Sequence record: PZ445454.1
DNA from: a phage
DNA: 64,000 nt
Reading direction: 5' to 3' (one strand)
This document shows, piece by piece, positions 63,963-64,000 of this stretch (its first letter is position 1; each line of letters starts with the position of its first letter). A program made the translations under genes and the position numbers. Below the pieces are notes generated by a model. It saw only the letters and a list, made by a program, of their open reading frames with translations. It was not told the origin of the DNA and ran no database searches.

Positions 63963-64000
63963 GAATTTTGAACTCCAAAGAGAAAATTCATTTTCAAACT

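Overview
The window is a densely coding, AT-rich stretch of a tailed dsDNA phage genome, apparently virulent (no integrase, repressor or attachment-site features seen). Gene content (contractile-tail and Mu/P2-like baseplate genes, rIIA/rIIB, aerobic plus anaerobic ribonucleotide reductases, thymidylate synthase/DHFR, a Prs-like plus NadV-like pair, several HNH/GIY-YIG nucleases) resembles FelixO1-like myoviruses, but this is a guess made without any database search. Three blocks are visible. (1) About 1-23.5 kb, plus strand: terminase, portal, prohead protease/scaffold, major capsid, putative sheath and tube, tail chaperones with a candidate -1 frameshift, tape measure, baseplate and two paralogous tail fibers. 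(2) About 23.5-33.3 kb, minus strand: thymidylate synthase, DHFR, small early proteins, an HTH regulator, secreted and lipoprotein candidates, ATP-dependent DNA ligase, an HNH-AP2 endonuclease and a family A DNA polymerase. (3) About 33.5-64 kb, plus strand: dNMP kinase, primase-helicase, SSB, FEN/RNase H, nrdA/nrdB/nrdH, an nrdD gene split by a group I intron carrying an HNH endonuclease ORF, nrdG, the Prs-like plus NadV-like pair, rIIA/rIIB, an SLT-type lysin, a HAD phosphatase, overlapped Rz/Rz1 spanins and a macro-domain protein. No rRNA, tRNA or CRISPR array was recognised. All functional calls rest on motifs read by eye and on gene order, not on homology searches. CDS coordinates are anchored to the supplied ORF track; coordinates of promoters, terminators and repeats are by-eye and may be off by 1-2 nt. 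The strongest candidates for something unusual are the Prs-like/NadV-like pair (possible NAD+ reconstitution counter-defence), the macro-domain protein, the intron-split nrdD, and a 590-bp repeat-rich non-coding region at 26992-27581.
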